Shown here piece by piece: positions 45,271 to 54,962 of a stretch of 64,000 bases of DNA. Origin of the DNA: a virus; IMG/VR virus record IMGVR_UViG_3300009529_000001, positions 32,001 through 96,000 of that record. One strand, given 5' to 3'. Under the pieces are notes generated by a model that saw only the letters and a list, made by a program, of their open reading frames with translations, searched no databases and was not told the origin of the DNA. The translations under genes and the position numbers were made by a program. Each line of letters begins with the position of its first letter. The first letter of the stretch is position 1.

Positions 45271-45714
45271 TTATCTATTTTGCAATTCTTTTCTTACTTG
45301 CATAAGAATTTTGCCTAGTTTATTTTTTCCTACCCATTTACCATCAGCTCTACATTTTCCCCAATATTCATCACCCCAACGATTTCCTTCAATAAGTTTT
45401 GCATTTCCAGTATCAATGAGTTTTTTAGCTAAATCGGAATTTTGGAAAAACTTTGCTTTAACTGTTTTATACATGATTTTATCTTTAACATCATCCCAAT
45501 CTTTGCGTAATTTAAGTTTTTTTCCTAAACGTTTTGCTTGGATAAAATTTTCACACTTACGAATTTCTTTACGAAGTTTTTTCTTTTTAGTTTTATGAGC
45601 TTGATAGTAATGTTCAACAGAACGCCATTTTTTTTCAGCAATTATAAATGACGCCATATAAAAATTACTAAGGAATCCATAACCTCTTCTAAAAGAAAAA
45701 ATCTTTTTAGCCAT
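45271..45714 (-). CDS. NADAR (YbiA-like) ADP-ribosyl/N-glycosyl hydrolase
   Basis: FLSNFY, SVEHYYQAHK, DWDDVK..IM...KF.QN, LIEGN.WGD.YWG, GKNKLGKILM.VR. Confidence 0.92.
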   Translation of the reverse strand: MAKKIFSFRRGYGFLSNFYMASFIIAEKKWRSVEHYYQAHKTKKKKLRKEIRKCENFIQAKRLGKKLKLRKDWDDVKDKIMYKTVKAKFFQNSDLAKKLIDTGNAKLIEGNRWGDEYWGKCRADGKWVGKNKLGKILMQVRKELQNR

Positions 45715-45922
45715 TAGATATTACCTTTTCTATAATTTCTGTAGAAGTATCATTCTCCCAATGGAGAATCAATAAATTATCTATTTTCTTTTTAGGATTT
45801 TTTAATCTAATAGCATTTTTGAAAATTTTATCAATTATCAAAATATCGCCAGAATGAGCAAAATCTCCTATTCTGTATTTTGCTTTGACTCTATCACCAA
45901 CTTTTATATTAATAGATTTCAT
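45707..45922 (-). CDS. hypothetical SH3-like protein
   Basis: IKVGDRVK. Confidence 0.55.
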   Translation of the reverse strand: MKSINIKVGDRVKAKYRIGDFAHSGDILIIDKIFKNAIRLKNPKKKIDNLLILHWENDTSTEIIEKVISNG

Positions 45923-46104
45923 TTGAGTATTTCTAATGCAATTTGTTCGATAAGATCTTCGTTTGAAATTTTGCCGAATTTTTCGAGATCAAGAACAATA
46001 CGTTTAGGATGCATACCTATGACAAAACGTTGTGCGTGAAGTTCTTCGCTCCATGAAATATTGTGTTTTTCACAATATTTTTTGATTATTGTAGGATTAG
46101 CCAT
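45919..46104 (-). CDS. hypothetical protein
   Basis: SD AGGAGG on minus strand. Confidence 0.65.
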   Translation of the reverse strand: MANPTIIKKYCEKHNISWSEELHAQRFVIGMHPKRIVLDLEKFGKISNEDLIEQIALEILK

Positions 46105-46130
46105 GTTTTCCTCCTATGTTTGTTGTACTT

Positions 46131-46159
46131 ATAATACCATTAAAAAGCCATCAAGTAAA
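46131..46159 (-). promoter_or_regulatory. promoter TTTACT-N17-TATTAT
   Basis: Divergent intergenic gap. Confidence 0.55.
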
Positions 46160-46194
46160 GGGTAAAGGATATTCCTTTTGCGTTATTCAGAATT

Positions 46195-46893
46195 ATGAAA
46201 TTTTCTATTTTAATGGCAAATTATAATGGTGCAGAATTTATTGAACAAGCGATACAGTCTGTTTTAAATCAAACTTATAAGAATTGGGAATTAATAATTG
46301 TTGACGATGCATCGACAGATGGTTCTATTGATATTATATCCAAAATAAAAGATTCAAGAATTTTATTAATTAAACGTGATACAAATTATGGTTATGGAAG
46401 AAGTTTACAGATTGCGGCTGCAAATGTAACAGGTGATATAATCGGGATATTAGACAGTGATGATGCTTTAAGATTTGATACTTTGAAAATAATGAAAAAA
46501 GCTTATGAAGAGAATCTTGACTGTGGATTAATTTATAGTCAACATTTTGTGTGCGATGAAAATCTTGACATAATATCCAGAGAAGGCAAATGCGGAGAAT
46601 TACCTGAAAATATGACTTATCTGGATGTTTTGCAAGATAAATCTCAAAGAACAAGAGTTAGCCATTTTAAAACATTTAGAAAATCTGTTTACAGAAAGAC
46701 TGAAGGATTTACAGATCATAGAAGGGCAGTTGATAAAGATATTATTTTGAAACTTGAAGAAGTTACCAAATTAGAATTTATAGATCTTTGTTTATATTAT
46801 TATCGGAAACATTCTAAAGGAATTTCTATAAATCCAAGTTCTATTTATAATCAATTTGCAATAGATGATGCTAAAGAAAGACGTGGTCTATGA
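46195..46893 (+). CDS. glycosyltransferase family 2
   Basis: SILMANYN, IIVDDASTDGS, LDSDD, YYYRKH. Confidence 0.92.
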   Translation: MKFSILMANYNGAEFIEQAIQSVLNQTYKNWELIIVDDASTDGSIDIISKIKDSRILLIKRDTNYGYGRSLQIAAANVTGDIIGILDSDDALRFDTLKIMKKAYEENLDCGLIYSQHFVCDENLDIISREGKCGELPENMTYLDVLQDKSQRTRVSHFKTFRKSVYRKTEGFTDHRRAVDKDIILKLEEVTKLEFIDLCLYYYRKHSKGISINPSSIYNQFAIDDAKERRGL

Positions 46894-47828
46894 AAGTTCT
46901 TTTTCCTCCTTTAAAACGCTGGTCTGAAATTAAGACAGGAAAAGGATTTTTTCTGCATAGATTAGTGCAGGCTATAACTGACTTTGATATTAAATTTGTA
47001 GATAATATCAAAGAAGCTGATTTGGTTTTTTCTCTGTTTAAATCTCATCCACAAGGTTATGGTCCTAAAACTATAGCTAGAATAGATGGTATGTATTATG
47101 AACAAGAAAAAGATCCAAGAAATAAATCAATAGGAAAACATCTTGAGAAATGCGATGGGATTATTTATCAAAGTAATTTTTCTAGAAAATGCTCTGAAAG
47201 ATTTTTAAAAAAATACTTTAATTTTAAGAACAGTGTCAAAGAAACTGTTATATTAAATGGATGCGATATATCTTTTTATGATAAAATAAAACCAAGGAAA
47301 AGCAAATTTGGATATAATATATTTTGTTCTTCTCGTTGGAGAAAAGGGAAAAGATTAAAAGAAATAATAGAATTAGTTTTAAGTCTTCCTAATACTGCTT
47401 TATGGATTGCTGGAGAACCTGATTGCAGAATAAAAAATAAACGTATTAAATATTTTGGAAGAATGACACAAGAAAAAATGTCAGAAATTATAAAGATGTG
47501 TGACGCATGTATCCATCTTTGTTCACATGATTCTTGTCCCAATGGAATAGTAGAAGCAATAGGTGCCGGTACTCCTGTTTTGTGTTTGAATAATGGCGGT
47601 ACTCCTGAAATTGTTGGGGAAAATGGTGTAATTTCTAAAGCAGAAATTCCATATAATTTTGAACCTTGCGATGTTCAAAATCTTCCAAAGCCTAATATGG
47701 ATGTATTAAAAAAAGACTTGATAGAATTATTATTAAATGTTCCAATAAAGATAGATAGATATTCTGTAGACATAAAGAAAACTGCAAAACAGTATTATGA
47801 TTTTTTCTTGGAGGTTTTGAATGCCTAA
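46890..47828 (+). CDS. glycosyltransferase family 4 (GT-B)
   Basis: DSCPNGIVEAIGAGTPV...GGTPEIV. Confidence 0.88.
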   Translation: MKVLFPPLKRWSEIKTGKGFFLHRLVQAITDFDIKFVDNIKEADLVFSLFKSHPQGYGPKTIARIDGMYYEQEKDPRNKSIGKHLEKCDGIIYQSNFSRKCSERFLKKYFNFKNSVKETVILNGCDISFYDKIKPRKSKFGYNIFCSSRWRKGKRLKEIIELVLSLPNTALWIAGEPDCRIKNKRIKYFGRMTQEKMSEIIKMCDACIHLCSHDSCPNGIVEAIGAGTPVLCLNNGGTPEIVGENGVISKAEIPYNFEPCDVQNLPKPNMDVLKKDLIELLLNVPIKIDRYSVDIKKTAKQYYDFFLEVLNA

Positions 47829-48396
47829 AGTTTTAATTGATTGTGGAGCACATAATGGTAATATCCTTGAATTGCTTATAGAAAAACTTGGACCTTTTGA
47901 TAGAATATATGCTTTTGAATGCAATCCGGAATTTAAGAAGTATCCTCCCAATGTAACTTATATGCAAGCCGCTGTATGGACTAAAAATGGAGAAATAGAT
48001 TTTTATCTTTCTCCATTAGGAACAAAACCTTCTTCTTTATTAAAAGAAAAAACTACTGGAAAATTAGATATTGAACATCCTATAAAAGTTCGATGTATTG
48101 ACTTTAGTCAATGGTTGAAAAATACAATTACAAAATATGATCATGTAACTATGAAAATGAATATTGAAGGTGCGGAGTATGATGTACTTGAAAAATTGAT
48201 AAAAGATGAAACTATAAAATTGATTGATGCTCTTTATGTTTCTTTCCATAGATCAAAATTGGATTTACCTGATCTTTTAAAACGAGAAAACAGTATTAAG
48301 ACAGCATTGACATTCAGGAATATATCTATTTCGGATTGGGGAGATCTTTTAAGAGGATGGATTCGTGAACGAAAAACTAAAAAAGCAAATTCTTAA
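47821..48396 (+). CDS. FkbM-family methyltransferase
   Basis: IDCGAHNG, AFECNP, KMNIEGAEY. Confidence 0.88.
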   Translation: MPKVLIDCGAHNGNILELLIEKLGPFDRIYAFECNPEFKKYPPNVTYMQAAVWTKNGEIDFYLSPLGTKPSSLLKEKTTGKLDIEHPIKVRCIDFSQWLKNTITKYDHVTMKMNIEGAEYDVLEKLIKDETIKLIDALYVSFHRSKLDLPDLLKRENSIKTALTFRNISISDWGDLLRGWIRERKTKKANS

Positions 48397-48964
48397 GAAT
48401 ACACAGTGGCCCATCGGTAAGCGTGATAAACAATATCAATCCATTGAAGAAATGTCTGGGATTAGAGATATGGAACATAGATATGGAATTATGCGTTTAC
48501 CAAGAGATTTTGGAAATAAAAATGTTTTGGATTTAGGATGTAATTTAGGCACAGTTTGCGTTTATTCTAAAAAAGCTAACGCTAATAGAGTTGTTGGAAT
48601 TGATTATAAAACAAAAACTATTGATACTGCAAAAGATTATGTTTTGGAGTTAGGATTAGCTATAGGTTATTATACATTTGATATTAATCAAGGATTAGAA
48701 GAATTAAAGGATCTTATTGGTGATGAAAAATTTCATTATGTGTTTGCTCTTTCTATATGGAATCATGTTGAACATAAAAAAATATTTGAAATTATCAATT
48801 ATTTTTGTAAAGAATTTTGTTGGTTTGAAGGTCATGCAAAAGATGATTCTGCGACAATGCATAAAATCCTCAAGGATAATCTTGACCACAAAATGGTTGA
48901 ATTTCTTGGATTTACTACGGATAGAAATCAAAGACCAAATTTTTTGATAGAGAAAGTATTTTAA
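48365..48964 (+). CDS. class I SAM-dependent methyltransferase
   Basis: VLDLGCNLG, VVGID. Confidence 0.85.
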   Translation: MNEKLKKQILKNTQWPIGKRDKQYQSIEEMSGIRDMEHRYGIMRLPRDFGNKNVLDLGCNLGTVCVYSKKANANRVVGIDYKTKTIDTAKDYVLELGLAIGYYTFDINQGLEELKDLIGDEKFHYVFALSIWNHVEHKKIFEIINYFCKEFCWFEGHAKDDSATMHKILKDNLDHKMVEFLGFTTDRNQRPNFLIEKVF

Positions 48965-49488
48965 TGAAATCTTTTGTTTTAGATGTTATAGATAGAAAAA
49001 ATATAAAAATAGATGATATAGTTTATAATGATCTTTGCATAGGGAAATGGTCCGTATACTTACAGTATGGGAAACATGGTTATAAATTTTTTCTTTATCC
49101 TTTAAAGCAAGATGGAAAATGTATTTTTGATATAGATTTACTTGAGACATGTTCTCTAAAAAAGATTGAAGAATTGGCAGAGATTTATGAGATATTATCA
49201 AGTTACAATTTAGCTCCTAAATTGAAAGAAATATTTTCTTTTTCTTTTAGAAACAAAAAAGGATATGGATTAAAAGTCGAACACATTATTCTAAATGAAA
49301 AAGTTTTATCATGGAAAGCAAAGGGTGATTATCTGAAATATTTACGAGACATTTGTATAAAACATAAAATTGTAAGATGGGGAACCATCGAAAATCTTAT
49401 ATGGGAATCGAGCAAATCAGGAAATTACATTTACAGTGAAAACGGATTTAAAGTTGTAGATATTGATCCAAGATGGGAGATAAAATGA
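48964..49488 (+). CDS. kinase-like hypothetical protein
   Basis: LAPK...GNY...KVVDID resembles a degenerate PK-like fold. Confidence 0.4.
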   Translation: MKSFVLDVIDRKNIKIDDIVYNDLCIGKWSVYLQYGKHGYKFFLYPLKQDGKCIFDIDLLETCSLKKIEELAEIYEILSSYNLAPKLKEIFSFSFRNKKGYGLKVEHIILNEKVLSWKAKGDYLKYLRDICIKHKIVRWGTIENLIWESSKSGNYIYSENGFKVVDIDPRWEIK

Positions 49489-49853
49489 CTGATTACGCTA
49501 AAGAGATTAAAACAATTTTTTGTGATATTGATGGTGTAATTTTTAAACATTGTGGAGATTTGACTATTACTTATGATCAAGGCGGAAAACTTTTACTCGG
49601 AGTTACAGACAAATTTAAAGAATGGGCTTTTAAAGGATATAAGATTATTCTTATAACGGGTAGACCTGAAAGTATGCGAGAATTTACTAAAAAACAATTA
49701 GAAAACGCAGGATTATTTTATGATCAACTTATTATGGGATTACCACGTGGGGAACGTGTTGTAATTAATGATCGAAAACCAAATTCACATATTCCAACTA
49801 CAAAAGCAATTGATTTAGAACGTAATAAAGGATTAGAAAATGTTGACATCTAA
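49485..49853 (+). CDS. HAD-superfamily phosphatase
   Basis: FCDIDG, ITGR, YDQLIMG, INDRKP. Confidence 0.85.
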   Translation: MTDYAKEIKTIFCDIDGVIFKHCGDLTITYDQGGKLLLGVTDKFKEWAFKGYKIILITGRPESMREFTKKQLENAGLFYDQLIMGLPRGERVVINDRKPNSHIPTTKAIDLERNKGLENVDI

Positions 49854-50862
49854 ACTAGCATTTGGACCGATGAGTGAAGAAATTATCGAAGCTGTTTACA
49901 GATATTCTTCTAGTAAATACTCCAGTAAAACACTAGTTCAATTGATGCTTATTGCTTCTAGAAATCAAGTTGATTATGATCATGGTTATGTATTTAAAAC
50001 AAAAGAATATGCAACTTTTTTGGATAAAATGTATAAGCGTTATCCTGAAGCTGATATAAAAATTTGTCGAGATCATTGTGGTCTTGGATTTTCTAAAAGA
50101 AAAGATGATGATTTAAAATCTGTTTTTAAAACAATCGAAAATGATATTGAAAATGGCTTTGATCTTATTCACATAGATTTGTGTCATTTAGATGCTAGCC
50201 TTAAAAGAAAACTATGTTGTTCTAAAAAACTTATGACTTTTGCTAAAGATTTAAATAAAAATATTTTGTTTGAAGTTGGAACAGACGAAAATATTGGAAT
50301 TCCTGAAAATAATCCTAAAAAAATTATTGAAAATATTAATTATTTTTTGGATTCTGTTAATCTTGAATTTTATGTAGCGCAAACTGGAAGTCTTATTAAA
50401 GAAATGTACAATGTAGGAACTTTTGTAAAATATCTTGTAAAAGATATATCGGATGTTTTACATAATAAAGGAATAAAACTTAAAGAACATAATGCTGATT
50501 ATTTGTGTAAAGAAAATATTCAGGAAAGAATTGATTCAAATGTAGATGCATTAAATATAGCTCCTCAACTTGGAGTTATTCAAACAAATTGTGTTTTAGC
50601 TCAATGTCAGATATATGGGATTGAATATAGAGATTTTTTATATATAGTGCATCAAGGAAGACGATGGGAAAAATGGACTTCTGAAAAAGAAAATTTATAT
50701 TTTCAAACTATTCTTGCTGGACACTATCACTATAAATCCCCCGAGTATCAGAAAATTATAACAGCGTTAAACAAATATGTCGATATAAAAGAAATAATTA
50801 TCGGACAAGTTACGGATTGCATTAGACATTACGATTCTTGCTTTAGGGGAGTAAACGAATGA
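49840..50862 (+). CDS. GatZ/KbaZ-like (tagatose-6-phosphate epimerase/aldolase-type) TIM-barrel enzyme
   Basis: LIASRNQVD, RDHCG, GFDLIHID, FEVGTDE, KEHNADY, NIAPQLG. Confidence 0.65.
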   Translation: MLTSKLAFGPMSEEIIEAVYRYSSSKYSSKTLVQLMLIASRNQVDYDHGYVFKTKEYATFLDKMYKRYPEADIKICRDHCGLGFSKRKDDDLKSVFKTIENDIENGFDLIHIDLCHLDASLKRKLCCSKKLMTFAKDLNKNILFEVGTDENIGIPENNPKKIIENINYFLDSVNLEFYVAQTGSLIKEMYNVGTFVKYLVKDISDVLHNKGIKLKEHNADYLCKENIQERIDSNVDALNIAPQLGVIQTNCVLAQCQIYGIEYRDFLYIVHQGRRWEKWTSEKENLYFQTILAGHYHYKSPEYQKIITALNKYVDIKEIIIGQVTDCIRHYDSCFRGVNE

Positions 50863-51203
50863 CTGTAATAGATAAACCTTGGGGAACTGAAGAAATTCTA
50901 GAATCTAATGATAAGTATGTAGTTAAACGAATCTACATGGAAATAGGAAAAAAATGTAGTCTTCAATATCACGAAAGAAAGAAAGAAACAATATTTGTCT
51001 TAGTTGGTTCTTTAGAAGTAGATATAGGCGAATCTGTTAATAATCTAAAAACTATTATAGTAAATACAGCAGATGGTTTGACATTAGATCCTGGAGATAT
51101 CCATAGAATGAAAGCTGTAGAAGAAGATTGTATTTATCTGGAGATGTCTACTCCAGAACTTGACGATGTTATAAGATTAGAGGATGATTATGGAAGAGTA
51201 TAA
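50859..51203 (+). CDS. cupin, mannose-6-phosphate isomerase-like
   Basis: KPWG, SLQYHERKKET, IHRM, STPELDDVIRLEDDYGR. Confidence 0.85.
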   Translation: MTVIDKPWGTEEILESNDKYVVKRIYMEIGKKCSLQYHERKKETIFVLVGSLEVDIGESVNNLKTIIVNTADGLTLDPGDIHRMKAVEEDCIYLEMSTPELDDVIRLEDDYGRV

Positions 51204-52764
51204 AGTAGTTATACCTTGCGCTGGAGCAGGTGGACGCTTAGGTGGTCTAACTAAGCATGTCAACAAGGCTCTTATTACTGTTGGCCTTAAACCTATTATT
51301 TCCTATATTATTGAAAAATTTCCTGAAAATATTGAATTTGTAATTGCTCTTGGATATAAAGGGCAATTAGTTAAAGACTTTCTTGAGCTTGCTTATCCTG
51401 AAAGAAAATTTACTTTTGTAGATGTTGATCTTTACGAAGGAGAAGGATCAAGTGTTGGTTATTCTTTATTCTCCTGTAAAAAACATTTACAATGTCCATT
51501 TATTTTTTGTGCTAATGATACGATAGTTACGGAAGAGATTCCTTGTCCAGTAAAAGATTGGATAGGATATTATGCATTAAAAAAAGCTAATGATAATTAT
51601 AGATCAGTTAGTCTTGATTTTAATGTAGTTAATTATGTCCATGAAAAGGGTGAAAATCCGAACGCACGTCCTTATATAGGATTATGCGGTATAAACAGTT
51701 ATAAAAGATTTTGGAGAGCAATGGAAGATAGTGATTTATCAGAAGGGGAATGTATTGGATTAAATGCTATATGTCAACTTCATGCATATCCTTTTATGTG
51801 GCAAGATACGGGTAATCTATCTGATTTAGATTCTGCACGTGCAAGAATTGGACAGCAAAAAGAATTAACTATTCTTCCTAAAGAGGATGAAGCTATTTGG
51901 TTTGTTAATGACAAAGTAATAAAATTCCATATTGATAAAGATTTTATTAAGAATAGAATAGAACGGGCAAAGCATTTAGAAGGATATGTGCCAACGCTTC
52001 TTGACGCAAGAGAAAACATGTATAGTTATAAAAAGGTTGAAGGAAGAATGTTTTCAAAAAGTGATTCTATATTATCGGATTTTAAAATCCTTCTTAAAGT
52101 TTTAGGAGGAGGTTTTTGGAAACTTTGTGGTTTGAATCCCGATGAAGAAAAAGAATTTGATAAAGCTTGTATAAAATTTTATAAAGATAAGACGTATCAA
52201 AGAATTGAACAATATTTTTCAAAATATGATTATAAAGATACTGAAGAAAGAATAAACAGAACATATACGCCGAAATTATTTAGTATGCTTGATACTTTGG
52301 ACTGGGATAATATTACTGATGGTTTTGCTGTCAGATTTCATGGAGATTTACATTTTGAAAATATTGTTATAAATGAAGAAACTGATTTAATGGATTTTTA
52401 TTTTATGGATTGGCGACAAGATTTTGGAGGAATTGTAGGAAGATGTGGGGATATCTATTATGATTTCGCAAAGCTGTTACATGGTATGATAGTTTCTCAT
52501 GAATTGATAGCGGATGGAAAATTTAATATTTGTAAAAAGAATACTATGATTAATTTTGATTTTCTACGGAAACAAAGTCTAATAGATTGTGAGAATTATT
52601 TTATGGAATGGATTTTAACAAAACCTCAATTTGATTATTATAAAGTAGCTGTTTTGACTGCACTTATTTTTCTTAATATTGCTCCGCTTCATGAACATCC
52701 TTATTCTGAATTTTTGTTTTATCTTGGAAAATCGTATCTTTACAAAGTAACAAGTGAAGTATGA
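51184..52764 (+). CDS. nucleotidyltransferase fused to an APH/choline-kinase-like phosphotransferase
   Basis: AGAGGRL...NKAL; WQDTG; FHGDLHFENI, FMDWRQDF, DIYYDFAKL. Confidence 0.85.
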   Translation: MIMEEYKVVIPCAGAGGRLGGLTKHVNKALITVGLKPIISYIIEKFPENIEFVIALGYKGQLVKDFLELAYPERKFTFVDVDLYEGEGSSVGYSLFSCKKHLQCPFIFCANDTIVTEEIPCPVKDWIGYYALKKANDNYRSVSLDFNVVNYVHEKGENPNARPYIGLCGINSYKRFWRAMEDSDLSEGECIGLNAICQLHAYPFMWQDTGNLSDLDSARARIGQQKELTILPKEDEAIWFVNDKVIKFHIDKDFIKNRIERAKHLEGYVPTLLDARENMYSYKKVEGRMFSKSDSILSDFKILLKVLGGGFWKLCGLNPDEEKEFDKACIKFYKDKTYQRIEQYFSKYDYKDTEERINRTYTPKLFSMLDTLDWDNITDGFAVRFHGDLHFENIVINEETDLMDFYFMDWRQDFGGIVGRCGDIYYDFAKLLHGMIVSHELIADGKFNICKKNTMINFDFLRKQSLIDCENYFMEWILTKPQFDYYKVAVLTALIFLNIAPLHEHPYSEFLFYLGKSYLYKVTSEV

Positions 52765-53600
52765 GAATAGCACTTTGTCTATCAGGTCTTATTGGTAATG
52801 CCAAGGGAAAATCTGGCGATGCTTCTTCAGAACAATCTGTTTTAGATATTTCTTTTAAGTATTGGAAGAAACATGTTTTAGATAAAAATGATGATATTGA
52901 TGTTTTTATCCATACTTGGGATGTAGATCTTGAAGATAGAATTAAACAATTATTTGATCCTCTTCTTATTACAGTAGAAAAACAAAAAATTTTTGATATT
53001 CCTGATTATGTAGTTGGACATCCTGAACAAAGAAAACAAAACCATTATAGTAGATGGTATGGAAATAGAGAAGCTGTTGGTTTAAAAAGAGAGTATGAAG
53101 ATTATTGTGATTTTAAATATGATATGGTTATGCTTTCTAGATTTGATGTAGCATGGCAAACCGATGTAATTTTTTCAAAATTTGATTCTTCTTGTTTTTA
53201 TGTAGGAAATTGGTGTACGTTAAGAGATAAAAAAACAAATTTGAATTGTTTTAAAGATGGAAGAGGAGATCTTTATGAACGTTTGGAAACTGAACCTCTT
53301 TCTAATTTTAAACATTCACATTTTCCTATCAGAAGAGGAATGTTAGATCATTGGTTTTTCTCTCATTCTGAAAATATAGATAATTTTGCTGAACTTTATA
53401 GCAATTTGGATGAATATTTAAAAGATCCAAAAGCATCTAGAGATCCTAATAAACCCGATAGTTCTTTAAATATTTGTAATCATCAATTGGTTTGTTATCA
53501 TCTTCAAAAGCTTGGACTTTTTGATAAAGTGCGTTGTGTTTTTCATTCGTTTAGTGATTTTCCATTAACAAGATATAAATTTTTAGGATCCAAAATATGA
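52761..53600 (+). CDS. putative glycosyltransferase (paralog of next gene)
   Basis: IALCLSG, DVFIHTW, YDMVMLSRFD, DHWFFS. Confidence 0.65.
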   Translation: MRIALCLSGLIGNAKGKSGDASSEQSVLDISFKYWKKHVLDKNDDIDVFIHTWDVDLEDRIKQLFDPLLITVEKQKIFDIPDYVVGHPEQRKQNHYSRWYGNREAVGLKREYEDYCDFKYDMVMLSRFDVAWQTDVIFSKFDSSCFYVGNWCTLRDKKTNLNCFKDGRGDLYERLETEPLSNFKHSHFPIRRGMLDHWFFSHSENIDNFAELYSNLDEYLKDPKASRDPNKPDSSLNICNHQLVCYHLQKLGLFDKVRCVFHSFSDFPLTRYKFLGSKI

Positions 53601-54409
53601 AAACAGCATTGTGTTTATTCGGATTAGTCGGTAATATCAAAGGGAAAGCTGGTAAGCATTCTTCTGACAATGAACTTCTTGAACTTTGTTATAAACATTA
53701 TAAAGAACACATTTTAGACAAGAATGATATTGATGTATTTATTCACACTTGGGATATTCAATTTAAAGATAGAATTTTAGAATTATATAAACCTAAAGAT
53801 TCGATTTTTGAAAAACAAATTCAATTTAAAACTCCTGATTATATCAAGAGTAATAAGTTAAGAAAAAATAATCACTATAGTAGATGGTATAGTGCTTGGA
53901 AATCTGTATGTCTTAAATATCGGTTTGAAAGAATGTTTAAATTTAAATATGATATGGTTATGTCAAGTAGATTTGATCAAACTTGGGAAACTGATGTTGT
54001 ATTTGAAAAGTTTGATCCACAATATTTTTACGCAGGACATTGGTGTGAATTATTTGACATGGTTGGTCGAGTTTTTAGTGCTGGACAAGGACCGTTATAT
54101 AAGTGGATAAAAGAAGGTAGAGATATATCTGATCTTAAACATTCGCATTATACTAAAGAAAATAAGGGATTAGTCGATCATTGGTTTTTTTCTAATTCAA
54201 AATATATGGATAAATTCCATACACTTTTTTTGCATTTGGATGAATATCTAAAAGACCCCGAAGCATCTAAAAATGGTAAAATTTCTAATCATGCTTTGGC
54301 TCCTTATCATCTTAAAAAAATTGGATTGTGGGATAAACTCAAATTTGTATTCCATTTTTTCGATGATTTCCCATTAGCGCGAAGAAAATATTTTGGAGTG
54401 ATAGAATGA
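53597..54409 (+). CDS. putative glycosyltransferase (tandem duplicate)
   Basis: ALCLFG, DVFIHTW, YDMVMSSRFD, DHWFFS. Confidence 0.65.
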   Translation: MKTALCLFGLVGNIKGKAGKHSSDNELLELCYKHYKEHILDKNDIDVFIHTWDIQFKDRILELYKPKDSIFEKQIQFKTPDYIKSNKLRKNNHYSRWYSAWKSVCLKYRFERMFKFKYDMVMSSRFDQTWETDVVFEKFDPQYFYAGHWCELFDMVGRVFSAGQGPLYKWIKEGRDISDLKHSHYTKENKGLVDHWFFSNSKYMDKFHTLFLHLDEYLKDPEASKNGKISNHALAPYHLKKIGLWDKLKFVFHFFDDFPLARRKYFGVIE

Positions 54410-54960
54410 GTTTTAATAAAGAAATGATAATAGAAGCCATAGAATTAATTGATCCTAGATATGAACACGTTCTTGAATTTGGAGTATATAAAGGACGATC
54501 TATAAAAATTATTCGAGAAAATCTACCAAATTCTTTTAGAGTATTTGGTTTTGATTCTTTTGAAGGATTGCCAGAAGATTGGAAAGATTCTAAAAACAAT
54601 CTTGTAGGAAAATGTAAAAAGGGATTTTTTTCTACTAATGGTAAAATTCCCGATATAAGAGGAGTAAAGTTTTTTAAAGGATGGTTTAAAGATACAATTT
54701 CTGAATATAAAAAGATCGCTCAGAAAATTGCTTTTATCCATATAGATTCTGATTTGTATAGTTCTGCGAAAGAAATATTATGGGGATTAAATGATTATAT
54801 TGTTAAAGGGACCATTCTTCTTTTTGATGAATGGTATTATGATCATGATCCTAAATATAATGATCATGAAGAAAAAGCATTTTTTGAATGGTCAGAAAAA
54901 TTTAAAAGAAGATATGAAATGTTTGCTGAATACGATGGTAAACAAATTGTGAGGATTTAA
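54406..54960 (+). CDS. TylF/MycF-like sugar O-methyltransferase
   Basis: LEFGVYKG, GFDSFEGLPEDW, GWFKDT, HIDSDLYSS, FDEW. Confidence 0.88.
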   Translation: MSFNKEMIIEAIELIDPRYEHVLEFGVYKGRSIKIIRENLPNSFRVFGFDSFEGLPEDWKDSKNNLVGKCKKGFFSTNGKIPDIRGVKFFKGWFKDTISEYKKIAQKIAFIHIDSDLYSSAKEILWGLNDYIVKGTILLFDEWYYDHDPKYNDHEEKAFFEWSEKFKRRYEMFAEYDGKQIVRI

Positions 54961-54962
54961 AA

